A DNA stretch of 64,000 nucleotides from a bacterium (GCA_963674595.2 CAXXFV010000009.1:128001-192000); one strand, 5' to 3'. Shown: positions 49,507 to 61,092, counted from the first letter of the stretch. Numbers and translations are program-made. Notes: generated by a model not told the origin, from the letters alone.

Positions 49507-51817
49507 TACAGAATTCATAAACACCATAATAGAACGGTCTCCTGTTGCCATTATGGTTATGAGTTCCGATGGTCGGATTTTAAAAGAGAATAAAGCCAAT
49601 GAAAAACTCTGGAAAATATCAAAAAAAAATTTAGGTGAATACAATGTTTTTCGTGACAAACAAATAAAAACTCTGGGCCTTTTGCCATACATCGAAAAGA
49701 GTTTGGAAGGCGAAACACTTTCCTTGCCGCCTTTTGAATTTGAACCATTAAGAACAAGACATGTAACGAAAGGGAGAAAATGCTGGATCCAATCAAATAT
49801 ATTTCCGATTAAGGATGAGGATGGTAATATTCGGACAATCATTATGATGCACAATGACATTACAGAACAAAAACAATTGGAACAACGTCATGAGCACCTA
49901 AACAAAGTAATGCGGAGCGTCAGTAATGTAAAACAACTCATCTTTAAAGAAAGAAATCGGATAACCTTTATTCAAAAAGTGTGTAAAATTTTGATTAGTA
50001 ATCATGGTTATTATCAGGCATGGATTGTACTCTTGGATAAACAGGGGAAATACTTGCAGTCTGCCAAAGCTGGCATGGGAAAAAACTTTGCGACAATGAT
50101 TCAATCCTTTGAAAAAGGTGAATTTGGGAATTGTGGAAATAAAGCATTGAAACAAAAAAAAATAATCATTGTACAGGAAACCAAAAAAGAATGTAAAGAT
50201 TGTCTGCATTCTACTTATTTTTCAAAACATGGTGTTTATACGAGTCGAATAATACATGATGGTATAGTTTATGGACTGATTTCTGTTTCCGCTCCTAAAT
50301 CATTTATAAAGGACAAAGAAGAACAGCACCTTTTTCAGGAACTTGTTGGAGATATTGCCTTTGCTCTTTATGAGATCGCCTTTGAAGAAGAACAAAAACG
50401 GGCGGAGAATAAAGTAAAAATTTCAGAACTGCGTTATCGTCGTCTCTTCGAATCAGCCAAGGACGGTATTCTCATCCTTGATGCCGTTACCGGGGTGGTC
50501 GTTGACGTGAATCCATTTTTAACAGAGTTATTGGGTTATTCCAGTGATCAGTTGATCGGAAAGGCAATTTGGGAGTTAGGATTTTTTAGCGATACTGCTA
50601 TAAATAGGGAAAACTTTATAGAATTAAAACTGAAAGGATACATCCGATATGAAGACCTGCCGTTGAAAACCGTTGATGGTCGAAGAATCGAAGTAGAGTT
50701 TGTCAGTAATGTTTATCAGGTGGATAATAAAGATGTGATTCAGTGTAACATTAGAGACATTACCGAACGAAAGCGCACTGAGGAAGCACTTGATAAAGAA
50801 CGAAATCTGCTTAAGACCCTTATGAACTGCATTCCGGACCATATCTATTTTAAAGACAAAGAAAGCCGGTTTATTATGATTAACAAGGCATTATCTGAAA
50901 GCTTTAACCTTAATACAGTTGAGCAAGCTATTGGTAAGACGGACTTTGATTTTTTTACTGAAGAATATGGATGGAGAACATTTGTGATTGAACAGGAAAT
51001 TATTCGAACAGGACAGTTTATTATAGGCATCGAAGAAAAGGAAGCATGGTCTCAACACTCTGAGACATGGGTTTCGACAACCAAAATGCCTCTAGTCGAC
51101 GAAAAAGGAAATATCATTGGTACATTTGGCATCTCACGTGATATCACTGAGCGTAAGCGAAAAGATGAACGCATTTATAATAACCTGAAAGAAAAGGAAC
51201 TACTTTTAAGAGAGCTTAATCACAGAACAAAAAACAATATGCAAGTGATTTGTTCTTTACTCAGACTACAAGCTTCAAAGCTGCAAGACCATAGGGTAAA
51301 AGAACTTTTTAAAGAGATAGAAACCAAAATCTATTCCATGTCCCTTGTTCATCAGGAATTAATAATGTCTGAGGATCTGTCTCATATAAATTTGAAGGAT
51401 TATTTCGGTAAACTTAATATCTACCTTGAACAAAGTTATGGTGAATACATGAAGAATGTTTCCATCCATTCAGATATGGCGGATATAGTCGTACTTATAG
51501 ATACAGCAGTTCCCTTGGGGCTTGTTTTTAATGAGTTGATTTCTAATGTTGTTAAACATGCTTTCCCTGAAAATACAAAGGGTGAAATTAATGTACATCT
51601 TTATTCGAGCCCTCAAAATGAAATTATTCTGGAAATATCTGATAATGGAATCGGCTTTCCGAAGGGCTTTAATATTCAAAAAGATATATCTTTGGGATTA
51701 AAAACAGTGATAAGCCTTGTAGAAGATCAAATTCAGGGCCAAATTCAATTTATTAATAAACATGGTTTACTATGCCGAATTCTAATAAAAAAAGAGCAGT
51801 ATAAGCCCAGGATATAA
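49493..51817 (+). CDS. PAS-GAF-PAS-PAS HisKA_2 sensor kinase
   Basis: RELNHRTKNNMQ, NELISNVVKHAF, DNGIG; start GTG 49493 after AAGGAG. Confidence 0.93.
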   Translation: MPKENTEFINTIIERSPVAIMVMSSDGRILKENKANEKLWKISKKNLGEYNVFRDKQIKTLGLLPYIEKSLEGETLSLPPFEFEPLRTRHVTKGRKCWIQSNIFPIKDEDGNIRTIIMMHNDITEQKQLEQRHEHLNKVMRSVSNVKQLIFKERNRITFIQKVCKILISNHGYYQAWIVLLDKQGKYLQSAKAGMGKNFATMIQSFEKGEFGNCGNKALKQKKIIIVQETKKECKDCLHSTYFSKHGVYTSRIIHDGIVYGLISVSAPKSFIKDKEEQHLFQELVGDIAFALYEIAFEEEQKRAENKVKISELRYRRLFESAKDGILILDAVTGVVVDVNPFLTELLGYSSDQLIGKAIWELGFFSDTAINRENFIELKLKGYIRYEDLPLKTVDGRRIEVEFVSNVYQVDNKDVIQCNIRDITERKRTEEALDKERNLLKTLMNCIPDHIYFKDKESRFIMINKALSESFNLNTVEQAIGKTDFDFFTEEYGWRTFVIEQEIIRTGQFIIGIEEKEAWSQHSETWVSTTKMPLVDEKGNIIGTFGISRDITERKRKDERIYNNLKEKELLLRELNHRTKNNMQVICSLLRLQASKLQDHRVKELFKEIETKIYSMSLVHQELIMSEDLSHINLKDYFGKLNIYLEQSYGEYMKNVSIHSDMADIVVLIDTAVPLGLVFNELISNVVKHAFPENTKGEINVHLYSSPQNEIILEISDNGIGFPKGFNIQKDISLGLKTVISLVEDQIQGQIQFINKHGLLCRILIKKEQYKPRI

Positions 51818-51819
51818 TT

Positions 51820-51957
51820 ATGACAAATAAATTTAGAGTTCTTGGTGTCGATGATAAGATAATAATCGAGAGATGTTTATGAAAGGATTTGAAAAACCGG
51901 TGTCTATAAATAAAATAAAGGAACTATTAGATGATATTAAAACAACCCGGCAGAATA
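51820..51957 (+). pseudogene. Response-regulator receiver remnant with internal deletion
   Basis: MTNKFRVLGVDD..., then KPVSINKIKELL in another frame. Confidence 0.5.
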
Positions 51958-52049
51958 TTGGACTGGATTAACACGGCTGGAGGTTAAAAACAAGCCTCTA
52001 CCTTACAGAGGGGCATAAATTAAGGAGTGCTGATCATGCAAAAAGAAAA
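51958..52049 (+). repeat. 92 bp direct repeat, copy 2
   Basis: Matches 49415-49506. Confidence 0.95.
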
Positions 52050-52263
52050 ATTGCGTGAATTAGCCGTTGTTTTAACAGAAACCATTCGACAAAACGCATC
52101 AATTGACTGGACGATTAAGGAAAGTGTAAAAGCCAAACTTAAAGTTTCCGTAAAGCGATTATTGCGTAAATACGGTTACCCACCTGACATGCAAATTCTA
52201 GCTACTGAAACTGTATTAAAACAAGCGGAAATGATTGCTAATGATTTGACGATGAATAAATAA
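52036..52263 (+). pseudogene. hsdR: C-terminal (DUF3387) fragment of type I restriction subunit R
   Basis: SIDWTIKESVKAKLKVSVKRLLRKYGYPPD..ATETVLKQAE. Confidence 0.88.
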
Positions 52264-52485
52264 TGTCGATCAAATTTGTATACACATTAATCAAGCCCGC
52301 CAACTAGCACAAATCTAAAATCTTTCACTGTGTTTTATCGCATACAATTTTTATAATTTATTTTCTGCCCCAAAATTGACCAAATATAATGTTGGGCAAT
52401 ATTTGGGCAATTGCCAATTTTTGCTTGTTTTACAATTTTTAAAGAAAGTTGGTTTTAGTAAAAACAATAATTTATAAAAAATACA

Positions 52486-52536
52486 GCGCTTGACTGGGGG
52501 TCAAGGGGTCGGAAGTTCAAATCTTCTCGCCCCGAC
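52486..52536 (+). mobile_element. att site: 3' fragment of tRNA-Pro(GGG) marking the right end of the integrated element
   Basis: GCG-CTTGA-CTGGGGG-TCAAG anticodon arm, GGAAG-TTCAAAT-CTTCT T-arm, CGCCCCG-AC acceptor 3' strand; 5' acceptor strand and D-arm absent; TTGGGCAA/TTGCCCAA repeats on both flanks. Confidence 0.88.
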
Positions 52537-52981
52537 TGTTTAATAAGCACTTATAATGAGTGCTTGTCTTTTGCCCAACGTTTGTTCAAACGTTGGGCAT
52601 TTTTTTAACTTTTCCATATTATTAAAAAAATAAATCCACCTCAAAACACCATACTTCTTTTATATATAAACAGCTTTATAAAATTTTTCTTGATTATTTT
52701 TGTTATTATCTGTTTCTTTTACAGATACTTTCAATATGACAGGAATGTTGGGTATGTAAAAAGGCAATATAAAAATTAATTAAAGTTAGTTTCTGTATTG
52801 CCATTTTTATTTTCGGGACAAATTTAAAGCAGTTTTATAATTAATTATTTATCTTTCGTGTGAGTACAACGAGGGATCTTTTTTAAGATAAAAAATCGTC
52901 TTTCAAGAAACGTAATAAATTCAAAACAGCGAGTGACATGGCTTTGAATCTGATTTTTTCGTAATGGGAGGTAATGTTAAA

Positions 52982-54163
52982 ATGAACAGGTTTTCTTGGT
53001 CTCTACTCCTTTTGTTATTTCTTTTTTCAGCACTATTATCGCAAAGCAAAAAATTGTCAATAGCTGTTTTGAAGTTGGATGCTTACAGTATAACCGACTA
53101 TGAAGCGGCGACATTAACAGATCGATTGAGAAATGAACTTTTTAAAACTCGTGTGTTTCGCGTTATGGAGCGTGAACAAATGGAAGAGATATTAAAAGAA
53201 CAAGGATTTCAGCAGACCGGATGTACTTCAAGCGAGTGCCTTGTTCAAGTCGGTCAACTTATCGGGGTGAACAGAATGGTCGGCGGAAGTATAGGTAAAG
53301 TAGGACAGACGTATACTGTTTCATTAAGGCTTATTGATGTCGAAACAGGAGAAATTATTAAAATAGCTACCAAAGATGTTTTTGGAAAAGTTGATGTTCT
53401 TTTAACGGCTTCAATTCCTCAAATTGCAAAAGATATTGCAAGTCCATCGCCTGGCACTCAAAACGTTTTAGAGGTTGAAAAAGAGGCAGGATTTTCACCT
53501 AATTCTCAGTCTTATGATCCAATTATGAAAACGCTAACAGACATCGACGGTAATGTTTACGAAACTGTAAAAATCGGTAATCAAATTTGGATGGCTGAGA
53601 ATTTAAAAGTAACCCATTACCGTGATGGGACACCCATCGCTCATGTGACCGACAACAATGAATGGACCGGATTAACATGTGGTGCTTATTGTGCTTATAG
53701 TAATGAGCAAAACAATGTTGCTATTTATGGTCTGTTATATAACTGGTATGCTGTAGATGACAAACGCAGTATTGCCCCAATAGGCTGGCATGTGCCCACG
53801 GATGAAGAGTGGAAGAAGTTGGAGATGTACCTGGGTTTGAATCGATCTAAAGTAAATAATATCTCTTTTCGTGGTACAAATGAAGGCAGTAAACTTGCAG
53901 GCAATGTTGCTTTTTGGGATAATGGCAACCTTAAATATAATGCCGTATTTGGTGATTATAGTTTTTGCGCGTTGCCCGGCGGTTTTCGCTACAGCTACGA
54001 CGGTACCTTTTACTGTTTGCGTCACTGTGCTTACTTTTGGTCTTCTGAGGAGACCAATGGTAATCATGTGTGGTACCGGAAACTTGAGTATGAGCATTCG
54101 GGTGTAGAACGGGACTTTGGTGTTAAGCAAGAGGGTTTTTCTGTTCGTTGTGTCATGAACTAG
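52982..54163 (+). CDS. Secreted CsgG/TolB-N-like plus Fibrobacter succinogenes major paralogous (FISUMP) domain protein
   Basis: Signal peptide; MEREQMEEILKEQGFQQTGC; DIDGNVYETVKIGNQIWMAENL, YGLLYNW, GFSVRCV. Confidence 0.88.
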   Translation: MNRFSWSLLLLLFLFSALLSQSKKLSIAVLKLDAYSITDYEAATLTDRLRNELFKTRVFRVMEREQMEEILKEQGFQQTGCTSSECLVQVGQLIGVNRMVGGSIGKVGQTYTVSLRLIDVETGEIIKIATKDVFGKVDVLLTASIPQIAKDIASPSPGTQNVLEVEKEAGFSPNSQSYDPIMKTLTDIDGNVYETVKIGNQIWMAENLKVTHYRDGTPIAHVTDNNEWTGLTCGAYCAYSNEQNNVAIYGLLYNWYAVDDKRSIAPIGWHVPTDEEWKKLEMYLGLNRSKVNNISFRGTNEGSKLAGNVAFWDNGNLKYNAVFGDYSFCALPGGFRYSYDGTFYCLRHCAYFWSSEETNGNHVWYRKLEYEHSGVERDFGVKQEGFSVRCVMN

Positions 54164-54262
54164 ACTATTTGTTGATATGACTATTTTACCTGGCTAAGCG
54201 GATTCGAAAAATAATTTTTTAGTAGATGTTGATTTTGTTCAATATATCTGAATTAACTGTCA

Positions 54263-54973
54263 ATGACGTCACTATGTACAAATCGGGACGCTTTACTCAA
54301 ATACTACAAGCTATTAGTAGAGAGGATAAAAAATCGATTTTATTATAAAGGAGAAATTTTGCCAACATTAACACAAAGATTGCAAAATATATTATGTGAT
54401 AGAATAACAAAGGCACTTTCTCTGGGGAAATTGTCAGCTAAAATAAATTTCGATTACGCATGGATCTTTTTGTCATTCATTGTGTTGTTCCTGTTTACAT
54501 CCACAAGCTATTCTTCCACCACAGGTCTCCAAATCGGAGACACTGCCCCGGGTATTTTTCTCAAGGATTTAAATGACAACGTTTTCTTTTTATCCGACTA
54601 TTGCGGTACGCCACGGCAGCCGTGGAAAAAGTCTGAGAGGAATGTTGTAGTGATCAGTTTTTTTTCGACGTACTGTGTGCCCTGTTTAAAAGAGATTCTC
54701 GAATTACATCAGCTTGCAAAAAAATACCCGGTTATAAAATTTTTTCTTGTCAATTTTAAAGAAGACAAATCAAAAATTGAACCCTATGTACGTAAATACA
54801 ATGTTACACTCCCCGTACTAGTAGATAAATACGGTATTATCGCGAAAAAATATAGTGTCGAGGCTTTGCCAAAACTGTTGGTTATTAATAAAAAGGGAAA
54901 AATTATTTATATTCAAAATGGATATGATGATAATTTGGTTAAAAGTCTAGCCCACCTTTTTGATGAACAATAA
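54263..54973 (+). CDS. TlpA-like thioredoxin-fold protein (true start probably downstream)
   Basis: GDTAP, FFSTYCVPCLKE, ALP cis-Pro loop. Confidence 0.85.
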   Translation: MTSLCTNRDALLKYYKLLVERIKNRFYYKGEILPTLTQRLQNILCDRITKALSLGKLSAKINFDYAWIFLSFIVLFLFTSTSYSSTTGLQIGDTAPGIFLKDLNDNVFFLSDYCGTPRQPWKKSERNVVVISFFSTYCVPCLKEILELHQLAKKYPVIKFFLVNFKEDKSKIEPYVRKYNVTLPVLVDKYGIIAKKYSVEALPKLLVINKKGKIIYIQNGYDDNLVKSLAHLFDEQ

Positions 54974-55278
54974 TATAATATAATTTTGATGTTGCTTTAT
55001 TGCTAAAATTAAACTATTTTGAATAACACGATTTTAAATTTCGTAACACCTGTTTTAAAATTATTATCTTTTATCTAAAACGTTTTGAGGAAAAAGAGGT
55101 AATATCATAACGTTTACGGAATTTCAGCAACAGCTAACTGGTTAATGGTAACAATAAATTTCTTTCGATGAATAATTCATCATATAAAACCAGTTTATCC
55201 CTGGCAAATGCCAAAAGTGGGGTCATTTTTAGATATTATACATGTAACTAACATAGACTAATTTACAGGAGAAACTAA

Positions 55279-56322
55279 ATGTCACAATCATGCCTTATCA
55301 CCGGAGGAGCCGGTTTTCTGGGAATTAATCTTACACGCTATCTTCTTGCCAAAGGTTATAACGTGACGTCATTTGATATTGCTCCATTTCGTTATCCTGA
55401 TGTTAAAGATCATATAAATATCATTACGGGTGATATTCGCGATGAGGATGCGCTAAGTAAAGCCATGGAAGGAATCGATATTGTTATTCATGCTGCTGCC
55501 GCGTTACCTTTGTATCCTGTTGATGATATCTATTCAACGAATATTGAAGGCACCCGAAAGGTGATGCATCAAGCCTATCTCAAAAAAATACCTCGTGTTA
55601 TTCATATTTCAACGACAGCAGTTTATGGAATTCCCGATCATCATCCTTTGTATGAGCACGATCAGTTAAACGGTGTAGGTCCCTATGGACACACAAAAAT
55701 TGAAGCTGAAAAAGTCTGTCAGGATTATCGTCAAAAAGGGATGTGTATTCCCATCCTCAGGCCAAAATCATTTATCGGGCCGGAGAGATTAGGTGTATTT
55801 GCTTTGTTTTACGAATGGGCAAATGATGGGAAGAATTTTCCGATATTAGGCAAGGGGAATAATAAATATCAATATCTCGATGTTGAAGATCTATGTTCAG
55901 CCATTTGGCAATGTATGACCTTACCAGAGACGCAGATCAATGACACCTTTAATATCGGGGCAAAGGAGTTTGGAACTCCCAAATCAGATTTTCAGGTTGT
56001 ACTTGACTATGCCGGACATGGAAAACGAATTATTTCCTTACCTGAAACTCCGATTATCTGGTCATTGCGTATTTTAGAGCGTTTAAAAATTTCACCGCTT
56101 TATCAATGGATTTACGAAACGATCGGAAAAGAATCATTTGTTTCCATTGAAAAAGCTGAAAAGGTACTTGGATATTCCCCGAAATACTCAAATCGTGATG
56201 CCCTGCTGCGGAATTATAAATGGTATCTTGAGCAAGTTGATAATTTTCAAAATTCGTCAGGTATTACACATCGGGTCCCCTGGCACCAGGGTGCATTAAA
56301 ATTGGCCAAGATATTTTTCTAG
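55279..56322 (+). CDS. NAD-dependent epimerase/dehydratase
   Basis: [17 protein letters not shown]. Confidence 0.93.
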   Translation: MSQSCLITGGAGFLGINLTRYLLAKGYNVTSFDIAPFRYPDVKDHINIITGDIRDEDALSKAMEGIDIVIHAAAALPLYPVDDIYSTNIEGTRKVMHQAYLKKIPRVIHISTTAVYGIPDHHPLYEHDQLNGVGPYGHTKIEAEKVCQDYRQKGMCIPILRPKSFIGPERLGVFALFYEWANDGKNFPILGKGNNKYQYLDVEDLCSAIWQCMTLPETQINDTFNIGAKEFGTPKSDFQVVLDYAGHGKRIISLPETPIIWSLRILERLKISPLYQWIYETIGKESFVSIEKAEKVLGYSPKYSNRDALLRNYKWYLEQVDNFQNSSGITHRVPWHQGALKLAKIFF

Positions 56323-56507
56323 GTATGTAAAAATCAGAAAAAGATATGTCCGCTTAGAGATAAATTAAAGTCACAATACATTTTTTGCAACAGAAATGAA
56401 ATATAAACTCATATTTCATTTCTATTGTTTATAAATATGTTCATGTCTTTTACAATATTCTACCATCCTCATCAAGACTTTTATTTCGGCTTACAACACG
56501 GATCAGA

Positions 56508-57608
56508 TCAATAATACGGCAGTTGTTCGTCAAAGCAGGTGCCGTTGTTGCGATACCAGGAGACGACATGTTTTATCGCTTCCAGGGCTTTTGTTTTTGC
56601 CGCAATATCTGAATTAAATGCCTGATGAGGCTGAACGTAAATGTTGGCATCACGGTCCAGTGATTTTTTTACCAAAATACGGGCCGCAGCATGATCAGCC
56701 CCGGCATCCTCGTTATTATTTACCAGGGCTGCAAATTTGGATTCGTCCGAAAAGACGTCGAGACCCAGCCCCATGATTTTTCCGGATTGGTACAAGTCCC
56801 ATAATCCCGCTTCCGGTGCAATTTCGCCCCTTGTTACATTTATGAATAAAAGTCCTTCTTTTGCCTGGGAAAGGTATTCCTTTGAAAAATAACCGACGTT
56901 GTAAAATTCGCTATTTTTGTTCTTTGTAAGATTCATTGCATTGATGATCATATCACTTGATGTAATTGCTTCTTCCTTTGAGACAAACTTGACCGAATCT
57001 CCATAGGAGCCTTTCAAAAAGTCCTGTCTTATATCAACGCCCTGAACTGACAGGCCATTCGCTTCCGCAAGCTCATATATCCTTTTACCAATCTTGCCGA
57101 CTCCGTAAACCGTCAGTGTTTTATGAGGTCCCAGTTCTAAAAAGGCACGTGATTTTTTTCTTTCAAAGGTTATTGTATTCTTTGCATAGTGATGCAGTTC
57201 TCCTGCCGCCGCATATAGGAATTTTATTGCTGTTTGGGCAACTGCATTGACACAATACTCCCGAAGAGAAGTGACATTCACTGTTTCAGCTAAATGTTCA
57301 AGATGATCATACCCCGCACTTCGTGTAATAACGCTTTTTTTATTACCCGCCAGATAAGAATCCGGCAGCACAGAGTGGGTTTTAATGGTTATTATATCTG
57401 AAAGCTGTGCATCAGGATTATCTTTAAGATATTGTTGTACATTACTTGCTGTAATTAAATAACTGTGATTACCCGGCAGTTCTCCCCGTTTAATAGCCAT
57501 TTTAGTTTCGTCTTGCAAATACTCTGCCTCGGGACCCAGAGCTTCGAAATGCATAATATCATATTGCGCTGTTTGTGAGCTATTTTTCTGTAACGAACTC
57601 ATTGTCAC
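56508..57608 (-). CDS. D-2-hydroxyacid dehydrogenase-family protein
   Basis: RSAGYDH, GVGKIG, INVTRG, LGLDV, QPHQAF. Confidence 0.85.
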   Translation of the reverse strand: MTMSSLQKNSSQTAQYDIMHFEALGPEAEYLQDETKMAIKRGELPGNHSYLITASNVQQYLKDNPDAQLSDIITIKTHSVLPDSYLAGNKKSVITRSAGYDHLEHLAETVNVTSLREYCVNAVAQTAIKFLYAAAGELHHYAKNTITFERKKSRAFLELGPHKTLTVYGVGKIGKRIYELAEANGLSVQGVDIRQDFLKGSYGDSVKFVSKEEAITSSDMIINAMNLTKNKNSEFYNVGYFSKEYLSQAKEGLLFINVTRGEIAPEAGLWDLYQSGKIMGLGLDVFSDESKFAALVNNNEDAGADHAAARILVKKSLDRDANIYVQPHQAFNSDIAAKTKALEAIKHVVSWYRNNGTCFDEQLPYY

Positions 57609-58379
57609 CTCATGAAAATATATTGAATTTTATGTTTAATAAAAAGTATTTCCATACTTTATTTTTCTAAGTAATTAATAAACATGCCAAACCCTCACAA
57701 CACCATAAATCGGTATTGTCATATCATTGCACACATTTGGAATTTCATTCTGAATAGCTTTTGCTATATAAAAGCTGACCAGATCGATTCCAGCAGAACC
57801 GAAACCAAAATCATTAGGGCAGGTAATAATGAAGTGTTTCAAAAATCTGCTCTTTTTAAAACAACGAATTCATCAGTATTTAAAGGGTAATTCAGGTAGG
57901 CAAGTAAATATTCGTTAGCTATTTTAGTATAAAAAAGTGTCAGGTTTTGTGTGTTTCTAAAAATTGCCTTTTTAAAAATTTTAGGGTATTTAATGTTTTG
58001 GGGGTGGTTTTTGTAACGAACAGGCTAATTCATATTAAAACTGGAATATTTAATTTTATTATTTACAAACATCTTAACCTGTTTAAGATATGCATTTAAT
58101 AAAATTAGGTCATTGGAAAAAAATGTAACATAAATACGATTAAAAAACAAGATTTTTATTATTCTTGTTACCGTAATTTTTATTTCCTTTGCTGAATATT
58201 GTGAACGCACTGAGATAGTTTGTAATTTTATGGACATGGTTAAAAATTGAATCATTAATAAAATTTTATTACAAAACTCGACGCCTGGAATTTATTTGTT
58301 TGTGATGAGTTCTCATTTATATGGTACTTTATAAGCCTTAAAATTTTATCCCGGTTAAAGCATTGGCTTTTGTCAAGAA

Positions 58380-59687
58380 CTATTTTTTACATCGAATTGT
58401 TATAGAATATTTCCCCTTATAATCCTGGGGATTTTTTGAAAATCCGATTTTTCTTTTGTTTAGATATAACCTGATGTTTTTATTTTTAGGAATATAAAAA
58501 GTCATGCCCTTTAAATCCTTTATCGTTGGGATAAAAGTTCCTTCAACTTTGTTTGTTATATTTTCAATATGTATATTAACAGTATCCCCACTTGTTGTAT
58601 ATTTCCAGTTTAAATATTTACGATGAATATAATAGTTTAACAGCTTTGATGTTGACGCCACCCACAGGTCACCAACAGTGTTTTTGTGTGAAATATATTT
58701 TAAAACTTTTAAAGTAGAGTCGCAAATATAGGGAGCACCATTATTATCTCCTAGATGTGTATATTGAATCATATAGCCCTGATTGCCGATTAATTCGTCA
58801 ATGACTGCTTGGCACAATTGAAAACAAATAAATGGCTCATCTGCAATTGAATGTTTGCCCCATCGATTTATATATCTTACAAAATCAAATATTTTTTGAC
58901 CATCATCAAGTGTAATAACATGGACCAGGTTATTATCATGATTCCGGATAATTTTATGATGAGCTTTAAAATCCTGTAAAAATTCTATTAATTGTTTTAT
59001 TAAATTCTCTGCGGTTGGCTTGCCATCCTGACCGATGCAGTGAGTGATATGCCCTGACCAAAGAAATTTTACTCCGTAATTTAATAACAAATCCGAATGA
59101 TATTCTTTACTGGCGGGATTATCTCCCAGTTGTGAGGGTAATAAACCAATGTTGTTTGTATTTTCCAAGCCGCCGTGATTTATAAATACATCAATGAATA
59201 GTTTTTCCTTTTCTAGTTTATTTATGGCCCGGATTGCATAATTTCTATCAAAAGAACTGTCTGAAAAATTTCCAAACGAATGCAGACAGTCAATTATCCC
59301 TTTTTTTATATAATAACTTATTACTTTGGCAGCAGTTGATAACGAATCGGATAATCCGTTATAATAGCTTATTCCATGATCGGGTTTGCTGGATGAAAAA
59401 TAATCTGTTTTTTGGGATGAATCAAAATCCCCGGACCTGTTCAACTCTTGCTGTTCATTATAAAACCAAAACGAATCACCAATATCCAGTCCCAGGCAAC
59501 TGTCTGTATCTGTTCTGTTGATGATATTATGGATTTTTATAAATTCTTCCACCGTCTCTGTGTTATCAATATCAGAACATATTGTAAAGGCAGCTTTATA
59601 GGGATAAGGAAATTTCCGTAGTTCAACTTGTTTTTCACAACTTGTTAAAAGTAATGCAAAAGATATGATAGCCTTCAGGTGTCGCAT
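58380..59687 (-). CDS. Lipoprotein, possible polysaccharide deacetylase-like fold
   Basis: Lipobox LTSC; FPYPYKAAFTICSDID, HSFG, YTHLG. Confidence 0.6.
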   Translation of the reverse strand: MRHLKAIISFALLLTSCEKQVELRKFPYPYKAAFTICSDIDNTETVEEFIKIHNIINRTDTDSCLGLDIGDSFWFYNEQQELNRSGDFDSSQKTDYFSSSKPDHGISYYNGLSDSLSTAAKVISYYIKKGIIDCLHSFGNFSDSSFDRNYAIRAINKLEKEKLFIDVFINHGGLENTNNIGLLPSQLGDNPASKEYHSDLLLNYGVKFLWSGHITHCIGQDGKPTAENLIKQLIEFLQDFKAHHKIIRNHDNNLVHVITLDDGQKIFDFVRYINRWGKHSIADEPFICFQLCQAVIDELIGNQGYMIQYTHLGDNNGAPYICDSTLKVLKYISHKNTVGDLWVASTSKLLNYYIHRKYLNWKYTTSGDTVNIHIENITNKVEGTFIPTIKDLKGMTFYIPKNKNIRLYLNKRKIGFSKNPQDYKGKYSITIRCKK

Positions 59688-60515
59688 ATTATTTCCTTTA
59701 TAGTGAAATTTTATGGATTTGTCACCTTGCAAGTTTCGGCTTATTTTTACAATGAGCAGCTTTTTAAAAAATGCGCTCGTTTGTAAATCTTTTGGTAATC
59801 GTTGGAAAAGTCGATTATGGTGGTTTAGTAATTGGTTAATATGGCATAAATAACTTGCTTGTTTTTTTTACGAAAATTTTTAATACAGAAAATAAATATT
59901 ATGTGTTTTATAAAATGTATAAAGCACAGTTTTTCTACCTTTAAGTACAAGTTTGATATAACTTGATTCTGTAAACCGGCCCGAAATGTTTTGTTTGAAA
60001 GAACAGTTAGCATATATTAACATGGGAAAGAAGCTGGCTGCAAACAATAGCTCCTTATATATCTTTTCCAGAGTTCCCATATTCGAAAACCCCATGTTTT
60101 AGTTTATATAAATGAAATATATAAACTAAAACGTCCCATGTCAAATGCTTTTTAATAAAGTACGACGATTGTAATTCAATGACCATTTTTAGTTCTCCGG
60201 CTGATATGTATTTAATATCTTGAATCGGGAAATTTTATTACCAGTCAGGTGGAAGCCTTGATTTAGTGATCTGAGGAATAGATACAAATATGAGAGGAAT
60301 ATCGTTATAATATTTCAAAAAACAACTTGAAGCAAAATGAGAAAATGTGTATTATTTGTTTATCTGTTGAGTTTATTTTTCAATGTAATCAAAAATTCGG
60401 GGGAGACTCTGAATGTTGGCATATCACTTATTTATTTTAGTCCGGCCTTAATCCAGTCTTAAAATTGGATGATTTGATAGAATGGTGATGATGTGATTAA
60501 TAGAAGATAATTAAT

Positions 60516-61004
60516 GTGAAACATGGGGCTTTTATGCGATATAGAATGAGTGAATGGCTGATCATCATATCCGGAGTTGTTTTTCTTTGCTCATGCAGCG
60601 GTACCTTGAAAAAACAATACTATTTATACGATGAAGAGGGCTTTACGCCTGTACATAAGGACAGTGTGTGCTTGTCTGAAGAAGAAATTCAACAAGAAAT
60701 AAAATTTACAACGGCTGAAAAGACAGCAAGCCTGTTGGGAGGCGTTTATGTAGGGTTCCCTGCCGGTGGTATGTTAGGTGTTCTTGCAGCCGGAACTGTT
60801 TTTAAGTTTAAATGTGATGATTCGTCAATGAATTTAATCCAATTTTTCTTTGCCGGTGCGGCGATTGGTACTGTTGCCGGACCCTGGCTTTTTTACAGGA
60901 TAAATAAAAATACCGCCAGGGACCAGGCAATAGAAAGATTGTTAAAACAGCGGCAGTTGAAACAAAAAAAAGTTGAAATATCAGAGGACCGTCATGGAAA
61001 ATGA
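60516..61004 (+). CDS. Hypothetical lipoprotein/membrane protein
   Basis: Lipobox-like LCSC and two Gly-rich hydrophobic segments. Confidence 0.55.
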   Translation: MKHGAFMRYRMSEWLIIISGVVFLCSCSGTLKKQYYLYDEEGFTPVHKDSVCLSEEEIQQEIKFTTAEKTASLLGGVYVGFPAGGMLGVLAAGTVFKFKCDDSSMNLIQFFFAGAAIGTVAGPWLFYRINKNTARDQAIERLLKQRQLKQKKVEISEDRHGK

Positions 61005-61092
61005 TCCTTCTAATCCCGCTTGTTATGGCTTTGGTGGTATCTGTTTATATTTGAAAAAACTGTAATTGATTATTAGTTCAATTCTGTTAGTT

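Noticed and set aside
52486-52536. Functional tRNA-Pro gene
   Set aside because: The 5' acceptor strand and D-arm are missing and replaced by AT-rich sequence; treated as an att site.
52982-54163. Diversity-generating retroelement targeting the FISUMP domain
   Set aside because: No reverse transcriptase and no template-repeat copy of the 3' region seen in the window.
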